Shown one piece after another: positions 1 through 11,900 of a stretch of DNA of 64,000 nt. A model generated the notes under the pieces. That model was not told the origin of the DNA. It was given only the letters and a program-made list of their open reading frames with translations, and made no database searches. The DNA is from Nitrospirales bacterium (lineage in GTDB: Bacteria > Nitrospirota > Nitrospiria > Nitrospirales > UBA8639): positions 1,408,001 through 1,472,000 of the forward strand of contig CBDBCZ010000018.1 of the NCBI GenBank assembly GCA_965203295.1, in the 5' to 3' direction. Positions within the stretch are counted from its first letter, which is position 1. Each line of letters begins with the position of its first letter. The position numbers and the translations under genes are program-made.

Positions 1-236
1 AATGCAAGTATATTTCCTGGAGTTGTGCTCCTCTTGCGTTAGATTTGATTCAGCTTAAAATAATTAGTGATGGACTTGCGTTAGGTTAGATTCATAATAA
101 ATTCCTAGAATCACAATTTCTTGCGTTAAATTGGATCTTGCGTAATAATAGAATAAAGACGGTAATCACCAAGGGCAAGGGACTACTTGAGGAGTAACCA
201 CTGACGTGATCATTACTGTACTCTGTACCCCTCCAG

Positions 237-1204
237 CCCATCCTCCTCCAGCACCAAGCCAGGCTGCACTGGAGGAAGGTTGCCAATCTGCCAGTGGGGA
301 TATTGAGGCCACAGGTTGTAGTGGTGGGGGAGAAGGTGTACGTGGGAGGTGGAGTTACAGACACCGATGATGATCTCTGCCTGGTCTTCTAGTACAACCC
401 AGCCAGTGATGAGTGGACCACCCTCCCTCCCCACCCAGTGGTTTTATTTGGCCTGGGACAGCTCTCAGGGGAGCTCCTCACAGTGGGAGGTCTGGCACCA
501 GATGCTACCGTCACTAAGAAGGTGTACCACTACAAACCAGTTACTCAACAATGGGAGGAGTTTCTCCAGCCCGTGCCAACTGCTCGATATCAGCTTACTG
601 TCATCAGTACCCAGTCAGCCCTTACTGTATGTGGAGGAACTACTGAAATCAGTGGTGGGCCCTGTACAACAGTAGAAGTGTACACAACAGAAACATCCCA
701 GTGGCACACTACCGACCCGCTGCCTGTTCCTTGCTGGGGAATGTCATCGGCTACCATCAACAACACTGCCTACCTCCTGGGAGGATTGTCTACTGTTTGC
801 AAACCGACAAAGACTGTACTGTATGTTCCAGTTGCCTCACCGATCCAGAGAGCCACATCCCATCCCCAGCAGTCAGCCAGTGCTGCACAACCAGACAGCA
901 CCTCATCAGCCTGGAAGACACTCCAAGACACTCAACTGGAGTTGCCAGCTGTTGCCTTGGGGGAATGTTGCTGTCTATTGGAGGTATTGATGATCGTGAT
1001 GATATCCTCTCAGCAGTCTACGTCTACTCCCCTGCCACATGCACCTGGATCCGAGTCCAGTCAGGGGACTTGCCTGAACCACGATTCAGCTGCACTGCTG
1101 TTGAACTAGCTGGAAACAGACTCTTATTTGTTGGAGGTAAAGATCAGTTTTGGAAGACTACAAGTATGAACACAGTTTTCCTTGGCTCATTAATCTCTGT
1201 CTGA
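237..1204 (+). pseudogene. Kelch-repeat (beta-propeller) terminal exon, disrupted
   Basis: After the acceptor ctctgtacccctccag (AG 235-236) it reads LHWRKVANLPVG...KVYVGGG...VF*YNPASDEWTTLP...LLTVGG...YLLGG. There is an in-frame TAG at 390-392. A frameshift near 945-960 continues into ...LGGMLLSIGG...LLFVGG...VFLGSL. GG/Y/W kelch blade signatures recur. Confidence 0.8.
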
Positions 1205-1784
1205 TGTGTAGTGTGTTCACCATTTCTATTGATTGAATTTGAGTTAGAAAATGTGTGTACATCTGTATGAATTAATATGCTGTAATATTGAAAGTACCAA
1301 CAACTGCCTGCATGTATATTTTAGTCAAAGCTAGGCAAGTAGGGACAGCAAATTGGTTTTTAAGAAGTGTGCCACTCATCATTACAGCTCTATTACAAAG
1401 TGTTACATCAGTTTGCGCAGAATACATGCCCTATAGCTAATGATTCACAAAATCTTTGAAACTCTGCAGAGGCCTCAGGACTTACACTGAACATCACACA
1501 AGCTGCTACGTATGAGTACTGCACGTATATATATATATAAAAGCTGACACATGATTAGCTACATAGGTGACCGTGCAAGCTACAAAAATTAACTTTTTTC
1601 TTAGCTCGGGATGAAAGAAACTTCAAAGTTTACACACAAACTCTCATCACCATGCAGTGGCACTACCATATTACAACCTTTGGATGACACTAAATGACAG
1701 ATTACTGGTTCCGGCAGCAAGTTGCTACAAATGTGCTACTTTACATCTCAAGACGGTCCAATACATAGTGTATGAGGCTGAACT

Positions 1785-1937
1785 ATATGACTGAATGCCA
1801 CGCCCCCTGGGTCACAGGCCCCACCTCCTGTCAGCCTGCAAGAGCTGCAGCCCATGAGGACAATGGTTGCCTGGCAACAGAACTGGTGGAAGCCATCAGT
1901 GCTCAGGTACTCTCGGCCAGTCCCATGGCCACAGTAG
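1785..1937 (-). pseudogene. ESPL1: Orphan exon fragment of separase (Peptidase C50 catalytic region)
   Basis: After the acceptor cacacccacag it reads YCGHGTGREYLSTDGFHQFCCQATIVLMGCSSCRLTGGGACDPGGVAFSHI. This matches the separase YxGHGxG...LxGCSS His/Cys dyad motifs. No other separase exons were seen. Confidence 0.7.
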
Positions 1938-2345
1938 CTGTGGGTGTGTGGGAATCGGTATCCATTTATTCCTGGTTGGTTGATGTTACCATGCATGGTA
2001 ACATCAAGCAACCAGTAATAATAGGTCCTTCATACAGTTCTGTACTCAGTAGCTAACTGCCAGTGAATGTGTGTACATGTGTGCACAACAGGTGCACTGA
2101 CTTGAGACGGGAGGGTATACAGCTCACGATGTGAACAGCCAAGTGCAAACACGATGGCTATAACAAGCAAACAAACTGACAAAAGCGGATAATGTAAAGC
2201 AATCTTAGGACCAGCCGTTCGTGCGCTGCGCACGCTCCGGCTGGTAAATACACTTCCCAAAAAACCAATGAAACAAGCGACAATGCACACCGCAATGCAT
2301 GTGCAGACTACCCACACATCACATCGCAATGCATTTACAGCGTAG

Positions 2346-2839
2346 CTAGGCTCGGAGAGGACCGACGAGGTCTATTCCGATCCTGTGCCAGGGGCTGTCA
2401 ACAGTGATGGGATGGAGTGTACCTGCAGATTTCTCTAGCTTTTTATTGACTCACTGACATGTATTGCATGTCTGGACATGGGAGTCAATTGCACTGGTCA
2501 TGGGTGAGAGAGTATAGTACAACATTAGTGCATGGATACACTTTCTGTGTATAAAAAGTGTTTAAAAACCTTGATGTCATTTTCTCCCGGGTTTTATCCC
2601 TCCCAAAGTGCCCTCCTAGCTTGTCAGCATGGCAGGCCTCAATGATCTTCTGCTGTTGTTCTGGCCCAGTGATCCACTGCCTCAGACCATTCATGGATGT
2701 GTAGTGCAAAACACCATGCATCCTGACTAGAGAATTTCCTGGCCTTGTTCCGAATAGCTCGCATCTGATTGTCAGTGCTTTAGTCTGGGTCCTTTCCGCC
2801 GTGAAGATAGTCGTAGATAGTCTCGTAGCTGATTTCCAT
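2346..2839 (-). mobile_element. Ginger/GIN-type (Gypsy-integrase-like) transposase 5' remnant with intron
   Basis: Reads MEISYETIYDYLHGG..*..RAIRNKARKF, then after a frameshift GVLHY...IIEACHADKLGGHFGRDKTREK, with a GT donor at ~2569. It continues HVQTCNTCQ*VNKKLEKSAGTLHPITVDSPWHRIGIDLVGPL. This is an H2C2 zinc domain plus the start of an rve core, with stops and a truncation. Confidence 0.75.
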
Positions 2840-5820
2840 GGTACCTTTCTAAATATATTGCACCAAAATTGTTCAACTTTACACCATTTTTGTTTTGGTT
2901 GGCTTGCTAAAACTTCAAACTCTGACGTGCTTCAATATGTCAACATACAGTAGTAGATGTACATAACCGTCTTTAAAAACAGTTAGAAAAATGTATCAAT
3001 ATAGTGTCAACATACAGTTAGCAAGTAAATTATACACAAGAATTGCAAAACCATGCAGTCTTCTTAGCTAAACCATGTACATTAATGCACAAAAAATGAG
3101 CCATTCATGGCACTTAGTGCGTCCACATCTGGGACCGCTGACGTAATACTCAATGTCTTTCTAATTCTGACGTTGAGCTGGGCACGAGACCACCTTCCCA
3201 CGATAGTACGAGAGGTATTATACGTATACAAAAAGCGGTAAGTACCCGACATAAGCACCACGCGTCCTCCTTGCAAAACGCGGCTGCTTCTTTCGCGCTC
3301 TGCACTTGCAGTGACTCCTGACACTTTCACTCTCTCAAGAACACTACACTACCGCGGCCTGGCTCCTTCACTTGGCCACGCAGCAGCAAATCTCTAGGAG
3401 GCAGTCTGCAGTCCTAAGCTAATACCGCACTAGAAGGGTTAATTAATTAACTTGATAATTATTACTGTGAAACTTGCAGATGATACTGACAGTCTGTGAT
3501 TGTTTTTTCTCCAAATGGTCCATGTATCACGGAAGGAAGGTTAGTTTAAATGTGAAGGCAACGTGTGTTGAGTAGAATTACTTGGGAGTGTACGTTTCTA
3601 AATCTTTACCCGTAGCTACACTTGGGAGTGTAGATATCTTGCATTGTGCATGCCATTAGTGATAATTAGAGGCTGTACAACTCCTAATATCTGTGCATGA
3701 GTAATAACATCTACCTTCCCAGGTGCACAAATGGTGTCTCATATAGGAACAGTACCCTCGGGACTTTGGTGAGATTAGTAGGGGAGAGGAGAAGATTCCT
3801 CACTAACAAATCTTGTACGGGAGATAGCTACTATTGTGGAGATTGCTTATAACCCTTTGTGCATTGCAACTTGATCTCTCCTAAGAGGCACCACTGAAGG
3901 GGGGAGAGCACCCTAAGACTGTACGTACTTTCCCAAGAGTACATACCATATAATTTCTAATTATTCGTTCAAATGAAATAATTTCATTTTGGGTTGACGA
4001 ATTGATTGAAAGGAATTTTTATGAGTGGTGACGAATAAATAGAAGATTAGTCTGAAATACTGACAGCATGTCTGAGCATTGTAAAACATTCAACAGACAA
4101 CACGGCAGGCACTTCTATTACACGGGCCAGGAACTCTTCATGCTCTCTTCCACTATTGCTACTTCTGCAGACTACAGTGCTCAGCAGTGGTAGCATATCA
4201 ACAAACGTGCGCACACACAGCAGACAAAGATCTAGCTACAATAGGCTATAAGGTTATACACACACGCTAGTCTTCATAAGAAACAGCGTGTGCACAGGTA
4301 AGTTGGGCCGCCTCCTTGTCCTTGGTACGGCTTTCTGTATCAGCCAGTCACACTCATGGGCATTCCTACTGACGTACTCATAAGTATTACTGCTAGCATG
4401 CAGCAGCTGGCAAATATTAGAAAAATATTTCAAAAACGGCCCACAAATTTGTTGAAAAAATAAATTGTTGAAAACTGGGGTGTGCCAAATAATTAGAGGG
4501 CGAAAAATTAGAATTTGTACGGTAAATGTAACAATTGATTTTTCATAGTCGTCCTAACTATAAATACATTTATATAGTTCTTAGCTGGTCATAGTGATAA
4601 TGCTATAATACTCCTAAAATCTATGCACAAGCGATAATTTCCACCTGTGCAGGTGTATGGTGTTCCTCACAGGACTGGTGCACTGCAGTTTGAAATTGCT
4701 GCGGGTCTTTTAGGAGAGCTTTACAGGTAAGAAGAGAAGATTCCTTGCTAGCAAATTTTCCCATCTCATGCCAGAGATAGGTACTATTGTTGAGATGTCT
4801 TATGGCTTGGAATTTTCACTTGCTCAATGGAAATGCACAGTGGTGCTTAAATTGCCGCATTTTATTGCATTAGCACCATGTGTCTTTCGCCCGCTATTTT
4901 CATTTCCTAAAATTATTCTTATGCATCTGCATGCATGCATGTATTTGTAGTAAATGACACAGAGCTTCGATACTTTGTGTGTTGCCACTTGAAGTAGGCA
5001 CCACTTAAGAGGGGGGGAGCACCGTAAGACTCTATGTACTCTCCACATAATTGATTTTTTGTAGTCTCTCAAACTATAAATCCATTTAACTAGTTCTTAG
5101 TAAAAATGCTGTAAAAAGTGTGCATAAGCGATAATTTCCATCTGTGCAGGTACGCATGTGATGTTCTGCACGGGACTGGTGCACTGGAGTTTGCTCGAGT
5201 CTTGATCAGATTCACAGGTGAGAAAAGAAGTTTCTTTGCTAACAATCTTGTACCAGAGATAGCTGCCATTATGGAGATGTCTTGTGGCCGGGGATTTTCA
5301 CTTGCTCGATGGAAAATGTGCAACGGTGCTTAAATTGCCAACTTGAAGAAAGTATTCACATCTCTCCTAAGAGGCACCTCTTCAAAAAGGGGGGCACCCT
5401 AAGGCTGTATGTACTCTCCACATACTTTTTTCTCAGCATTCGTTTTAAATACAATTCAAAGCTGGTCTTAGTAATGAGGCTGAAAAATCCTGTGCATGAA
5501 TGATTATTTTCACCTGCTTAGGTGTATGGTGTTCCTCACAAGACTGGTGTACCAGAGTTGGAAATTGTCTGTGAATGATATTTGCAGTTGAGAAGAGAAG
5601 ATTCCTAGATAGCAGTAATCTTGTACCTGAGATAGTTACTATTCTTAGGGCTGTGAAGTTTAATTTGTGGGGTGGATAATGTGCAATAGTTTTAAATTCA
5701 TCAAATTAGCACCATGAGTCTTTCGCTGGTTATTTTCCTTTTTTAAATTCTCATGCTGCAAATATTTGTAGTACATACATGATGCTGACTTTTGGGATTT
5801 TTAACCCCATCCAGATCATG

Positions 5821-5950
5821 ACATGTTTCCGAAATCTCATGACCTTGCCCAACATCCTTGTCCTTCCGAAAGATCCAGTAAAGTTGACCAGAGGAAGGGA
5901 GTCGTGTACCGAATCCCGTGTGCTTACTGTGACACCACCTGTGTTGGTCT
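5821..5950 (+). mobile_element. Penelope-like GIY-YIG endonuclease N-terminal fragment
   Basis: Reads TLPNILVLPKDPV, then after a frameshift DQRKGVVYRIPCAYCDTTCVG. This is the PLE-type GVVYxIPCxxCxxxYVG motif. Confidence 0.7.
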
Positions 5951-8900
5951 TAAATACATTTAGGTCAGAGAGTTTTCACTCGCTCTTTAGAGAATTTACA
6001 ATGGTGCTTAAAGTGCCACTTTTCATCTCATTACATGTAGCACCATGTGTGTTTTACGGGCTATTTTTGTATCCTAGATCTCATGAACGCACATACTTGT
6101 AGTAGATGACTCAGATCTTTGAATGTTTGTACGTTGCAACTTGAAGAAGGGATCCACACTTCCTTAGGTGACACCATTTGTGGGCCGGGGAGGGAGAGAG
6201 CACCCGAAGACTGTACGCACTCTCCACATAGAATTAACTATACCAGTATCCAAATTAAAAATTTATCATACTAGTTCTTAGCTGGTCTTAGTAATGAGAC
6301 AGTAAGAATCCTAAGAACTGTGCTTGAGTGTTGTTATCTTGAGCATGTACTGATGGGGTGTTCCTGACAGCGCTAGTTCTCCAGGGTTTGAGATGCCCTC
6401 TGACCTTTGGTGACATTTTAAGTTGAGCAGAGAAGATACCTTGCTAGCAAGTCATCTAAACCTGTATCACAGAGAGCTACTATTGTGGAGAGGTCTTAAA
6501 TGCATTTATGTCTGAGAATTTTCACTTGCTTGGAGCCCTTTAGCGCCATGTGTCTTTCTCTGGGTATTTTTATTTTCTAAATTGTCATGAAAGCACTAAT
6601 TTGTAGTCGATGATGCAGATCTTTCTTGCTAGCAAGTTTTCTTAACCTGTATCAGAAATAGCTACTATTGTGGAGAGGTCTTGCATATATGTATGGCTGA
6701 GAATTTTCACTTGCTGTTCGGAGAATGCACAATGGTGCTTAAGGTACCACTTTTCATCCCACTAGCACCATGTGTCTTTCTACAGCTATATACGATCGCT
6801 TCCTAGACTGTCATGAAGGCACATATTTGTAGTAGATGACTCAGATCTATTCTTGGTGAGCATGCAATGGTGAAGCACCACAGCATTACATTGAGGGAGG
6901 TGGATGTTACGGATTCCAACCCTGGCCTTAGCCAATCATGTACCATTCTGGTATGGGACATCAAATCATAGCACTATCCCATCAACAAGGAACTTGGTCT
7001 TGTCCATCAGGCCTACAGTTCACTAATCCAGCCTCCCCACTGTACCTGACTCTATTCCCTGTTTTGTTTCAGTCCTCATTTCCCTCCTATCCTAATTATT
7101 CGCTCGTTTCTATTTATTCACTACTTTCCCCTGTTTCAAGCAGTACTTTTGTAACACCTCACTCTACCCCTGATGTTGACAGCTGTATAGTAATCTTGTA
7201 CCAGAGATAGATAATACTGTGTGAATTGCACAATGTTGCTTAAGTGTCACTTTTTATCTCGTTAGCACCATGTGTCTTTCGCTGGCTATTTTCGCATCCT
7301 AGACTGTCATTAATGCACATACTTGTAGTAGATGACTCGGATCTTTGAACTTTTGTTCGTTGCAACTTGAAGAAGGAATTTACACTTCTCATTAGGTGAC
7401 ACCATTTGTCGAGGGGGTGGGTGGGGAGCACCGGAGACTGTATGCACTCTCCACATATAGTCTAATTACGTATGCCAGTATCCAAATTAAAAATCCATTT
7501 TGCTAGTTCTTAGCTGGTCTTAGTATTGAGGCTGTAACAATCCTAAGAACTCTGCATGTGTGTTATTTTGAGCAGGTGAGGATAGAGTGGTCCTGACAGC
7601 GCTAGTTCTCCAGGGTTTGAGATGCCCTCTGACCTTTAATGAATTTACAAGGTGAGCAGAGAAGATACCTTGCTAGCAAGTCATCTAAACCTGTATCACA
7701 GATAGCTGCTATTGTGGAGAGGTCTTAAATGCATTTATGTCTGAGAATTTTCACTTGCTGTTTGGAGAATGTACAATGGTGCTTAAAGTGCCACTTATCA
7801 GCCCTTTAGCACCATGTGTCTTTCGCTGGGTATTTTTATTTCCTAGATTGATATGAATGCACTAATTTGCAGTCGTTTATGCAGATCTTTCTTTCTAGCA
7901 AGTTTTCTTAACCTGTATCAGAAATATCTACTATTGTGTTCCTGACAGCGCTAGTTCTCCAGGGTTTGAGATGCCCTCTGACCTAAGATATCTTCCTAGC
8001 AAGTCTTCTAAACCTGTATCACAGTTAGCTACTATTGTGTACTTTTCAGCCCTTTAGCACCATGTGTCTTTCGCTGGGTATTTTTATTTCCTAGATTGAT
8101 ATGAATGCACTAATTTGCAGTCGTTTATGCAGATCTTTCTTTCTAGCAAGTTTTCTTAACCTGTATCAGAAATATCTACTATTGTGTTCCTGACAGCGCT
8201 AGTTCTCCAGGGTTTGAGATGCCCTCTGACCTTTGGTGACATTTCAAGTTGAGCAGAGAAGATACCTTGCTAGCAAGCCTTCAAAACCTGTATCACAGAT
8301 AGCTACTATTGTGGAGAGGTCTTAAATGCATTTATGTCTGAGAATTTTCACTTGCTTGGAGAATTCACAATGGTGCTTAAGTGCCACTTTTCAGCCCTTT
8401 AGCGCCATGTGTCTTTAGCTGGGTATTTTTATTTCCTAGTTTATAGCTGGTCTTAGTAATGAGGCTGTAACAGTCCTTAGAACTGTGCTTGAGTGTTATC
8501 TTGGGCATGTGCTGATGGGGTGTTCCTGACGGTGCTAGCTAACCAGAGTTTGAGATGCCTTCTGACCTTTGATGAGATTTCAAGACGAGCAGAGAAGATA
8601 TCTTCCTAGCAAGTCTTCTAAACCTGTATCACAGTTAGCTACTATTGTGTACTTTTCAGCCCTTTAGCACCATGTGTCTTTCGCTGGGTATTTTTATTTC
8701 CTAGATTGATATGAATGCACTAATTTGCAGTCGTTTATGCAGATCTTTCTTTCTAGCAAGTTTTCTTAACCTGTATCAGAAATATCTACTATTGTGGAAA
8801 GGCCTTGCATATATATATGGCTGAGAATTTTCACTTGCTGTTTGGAGAATGCACAATGGTTCTTAAAGTGCCATTTTTCATCCCACTAGCACCATGTGTC

Positions 8901-11900
8901 TTTCTACAGCTATGTTCGCTACCTAGACTCATGAAGGCACATATTTGTAGTAGATGACTCTGTTCTATCCTTGCTGAGCATGCAATGGTGAAGCACCACG
9001 GCATTACATTGAGTGAGGTGAATGTTACGAATTTCAACCCTGGACTTAGCCAATGATGTACCATTCGGGTATGGCACATCCAATCATAGCACCATCCCAT
9101 CAACAAGGAACTTGGTCTTGTCCATCAGGACTACAATTCACTAATCCAGCCTCCCCGCTGTACCCGACTCTATTCCCTGTTTTGTTTCAGTCCTCATTTC
9201 CCTCCTATCCTAATTATTCGCTCGTTTCTATTTATTCACTACTTTCCCCTGTTTCAAGCAGTACTTTTGTAACACCTCACTCTACCCCTGATGTTGACAG
9301 CATTATAGTAATCTTGTACCAGAGATAGATAATACTGTGGAAATTGCACAATGGTGCTTAAGTGACACTTTTTATCCCGTTAGCACCATGTGTCTTTCAC
9401 TGGCTATTTTTGCATCCTAGACTGTCATTAATGCTCATACTTGTAGTAGATGACTCGGATATTCAAACGTTTGTACGTTACAACTTGAAGAAGGGATTTG
9501 CACTTCTCTTTAGGTGACACCACTTGTGGGGGGGGGGGGGGGGGGGGGTGTGGGGAGCACCCGGAGACTGTATGCACCTTCCACATAGTCTAATTATGCC
9601 AGTATTCAAATTAAATTCTTTTTTACTAGTGTTTCGCTGGTCTTAGTAATGAGAGTGTAATAATACTAAGAACTGTGCTTGAGTGTTATTTTGAGCAGGT
9701 GCTGATGTGGTGGTCCTGACGGTGCAACTTCACCAGGGTTTGAGATGCTCTCTGACCTTTGATAAGATTACAAGGCGAGCAGAGAAAATAAATTGCTAAC
9801 TAGTCATATAAATCTATATCACAGATAGCTACTATTGTGAAGAGGTCTTAAATGCATTTATGTCTGAGAATTTTCACTTGCCCTTTGGAGAATTCGCAAT
9901 GGTGCTTAAGTGCCACTTTTCAGCCCTTTGGCATCATGTGTCTTTCGTTGGTATTTTTATTTCCTAGATTGTCATGAATGCACTAATTTATAGTCGATGA
10001 TGCAGATCTTTCTTGCTAGCAAGTTTTCTTAACCTGTATCAGAAATACATACTATTGTGGAAAGGCCTTGCATATATGTATGGCTGAGAATTTTCACTTG
10101 CTGTTTGGAGAATGCACAATGGTGCTTAAAGTGCCACTTTTCATCCTACTAGCACCATGTGTCTTTCTACAGCTATGTTCGCTACCTAGACTGTCATGAA
10201 GGCACATATTTGTAGTAGATGACTCAGATATATCCTTGCTGAGCAATCAATGGTGAAGCACCACAGCATTACATTGAGTGAGGTGGATGTTACGAATTCC
10301 AACCATGGCCTTAGCCAATGATGTACCATTCGGGTATGGCACATCAAATCATAGCACCATTCCATCAACAAGAAACTTGGTCTTGTCCATCAGGCCTACA
10401 ATTCACTAATCCAGCCTCCCCGCTGTATCTGACTCTATTCCCTGTTTTGTTTCAGTCCTCTTTTCCCTCCTATCCTAATTATTCGCTCGTTTTTAATTAT
10501 TCACCACTTATCAAGCAGTACTTTAGTTACACCTCACTCTACCACTGATGATGACAGCAGTATAGGAATCTTGTACTAGAGATAGATATTACTGTGGAAA
10601 TTGCACAATGGTGCTTAAGTGGCACTTTTTATCCCATTAGCACCATGTGTCTTTCGCTGGCTATTTTCGCCTCCTAGACTGTCTTTAATGCACATACTTG
10701 TAGTAGATGACTAGGATCTTTGAAAGTTTGTACGTTGCAACTTGAAAAAGGGATTTACACTTCCCATTAGGTGATACAACTTGTCGAGGAAGTGGGTGGG
10801 GAGCACTCGGAAACTGTATGTACTCTCCATATATAGTCTAATTACGTACACCAGTATCCCAATCAAAAATTCACTTTACTAGTTTATAGCTGGTCTTAGT
10901 AATGAGGCTGTAACAGTCCTTAGAACTGTGCTTGAGTGTTATCTTGGGCATGTGCTGATGGGGTGTTCCTGACGGTGCTAGCTAACCAGAGTTTGAGATG
11001 CCTTCTGACCTTTGATGAGATTTCAAGACGAGCAGAGAAGATATCTTCCTAGCAAGTCTTCTAAACCTGTATCACAGTTAGCTACTATTGTGGAGAGGTC
11101 TTAAATGCATTTAGGTCAGAGAATTTTCACTCGCTCTTTAGAGAATTTACAATGGTGCTTAAAGTGCCACTTTTCATCCCATTACATGTTCATGTAGCAC
11201 CATGTGTCTTTTGCGGGCTATTTTTGTATCTTAGATCTCATGAACGCACATACTTGTGGTAGATGACTCAGATCTTTGAATCTTTGTACGTTGCAACTTG
11301 AAGAAGGGATCCACACTTCCTTAGGTGACACCATTTGTGGGGCGGGGAGGGAGAGAGCACCCGAAGACTGTACGCACTCTCCACATAGAATTAACTATAC
11401 CAGTATCCAAATTAAAAATTCACTTTACTAGTTTATAGCTGGTCTTAGTAATGAGGCTGTAACAGTCCTAAGAACTGTGCTTGAGTGTTATTTTGAGCAT
11501 GTGCTGATGGGGTGTTCCTGACGGTGCTAGCTAACCAGAGTTTGAGATGCCTTCTGACCTTTGATGAGATTTCAAGACGAGCAGAGAAGATATCTCCCTA
11601 GCAAGTCTTCTAAACCTGTATCACAGTTAGCTACTATTGTGGAGAGGTCTTAAATGCATTTAGGTCAGAGAATTTTCACTCGCTCTTTAGAGAATTTACA
11701 ATGGTGCTTAAAGTGCCACTTTTCATCCCATTACATGTTCATGTAGCACCATGTGTCTTTTGCGGGCTATTTTTGTATCCTATATCTCATAAACGCACAT
11801 ACTTGTGGTAGATGACTCAGATCTTTGAATCTTTGTACGTTGCAACTTGAAGAAGGGATCCACACTTCCTTAGGTGACACCATTTGTGGGGCGGGGAGGG

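Noticed and set aside
3200..3215. Target-site duplication around the giant foldback
   Set aside because: The left flank (cgatagtacga) matches neither right flank (after 40899 or after 41100).
4653..5590. cag|...|gtaag exon-like pieces in the outer monomers as tandem LRR exons (TGALEFARVL)
   Set aside because: The lengths are inconsistent and not frame-preserving (e.g. 74 nt), and the splice sites are not conserved in other monomers.
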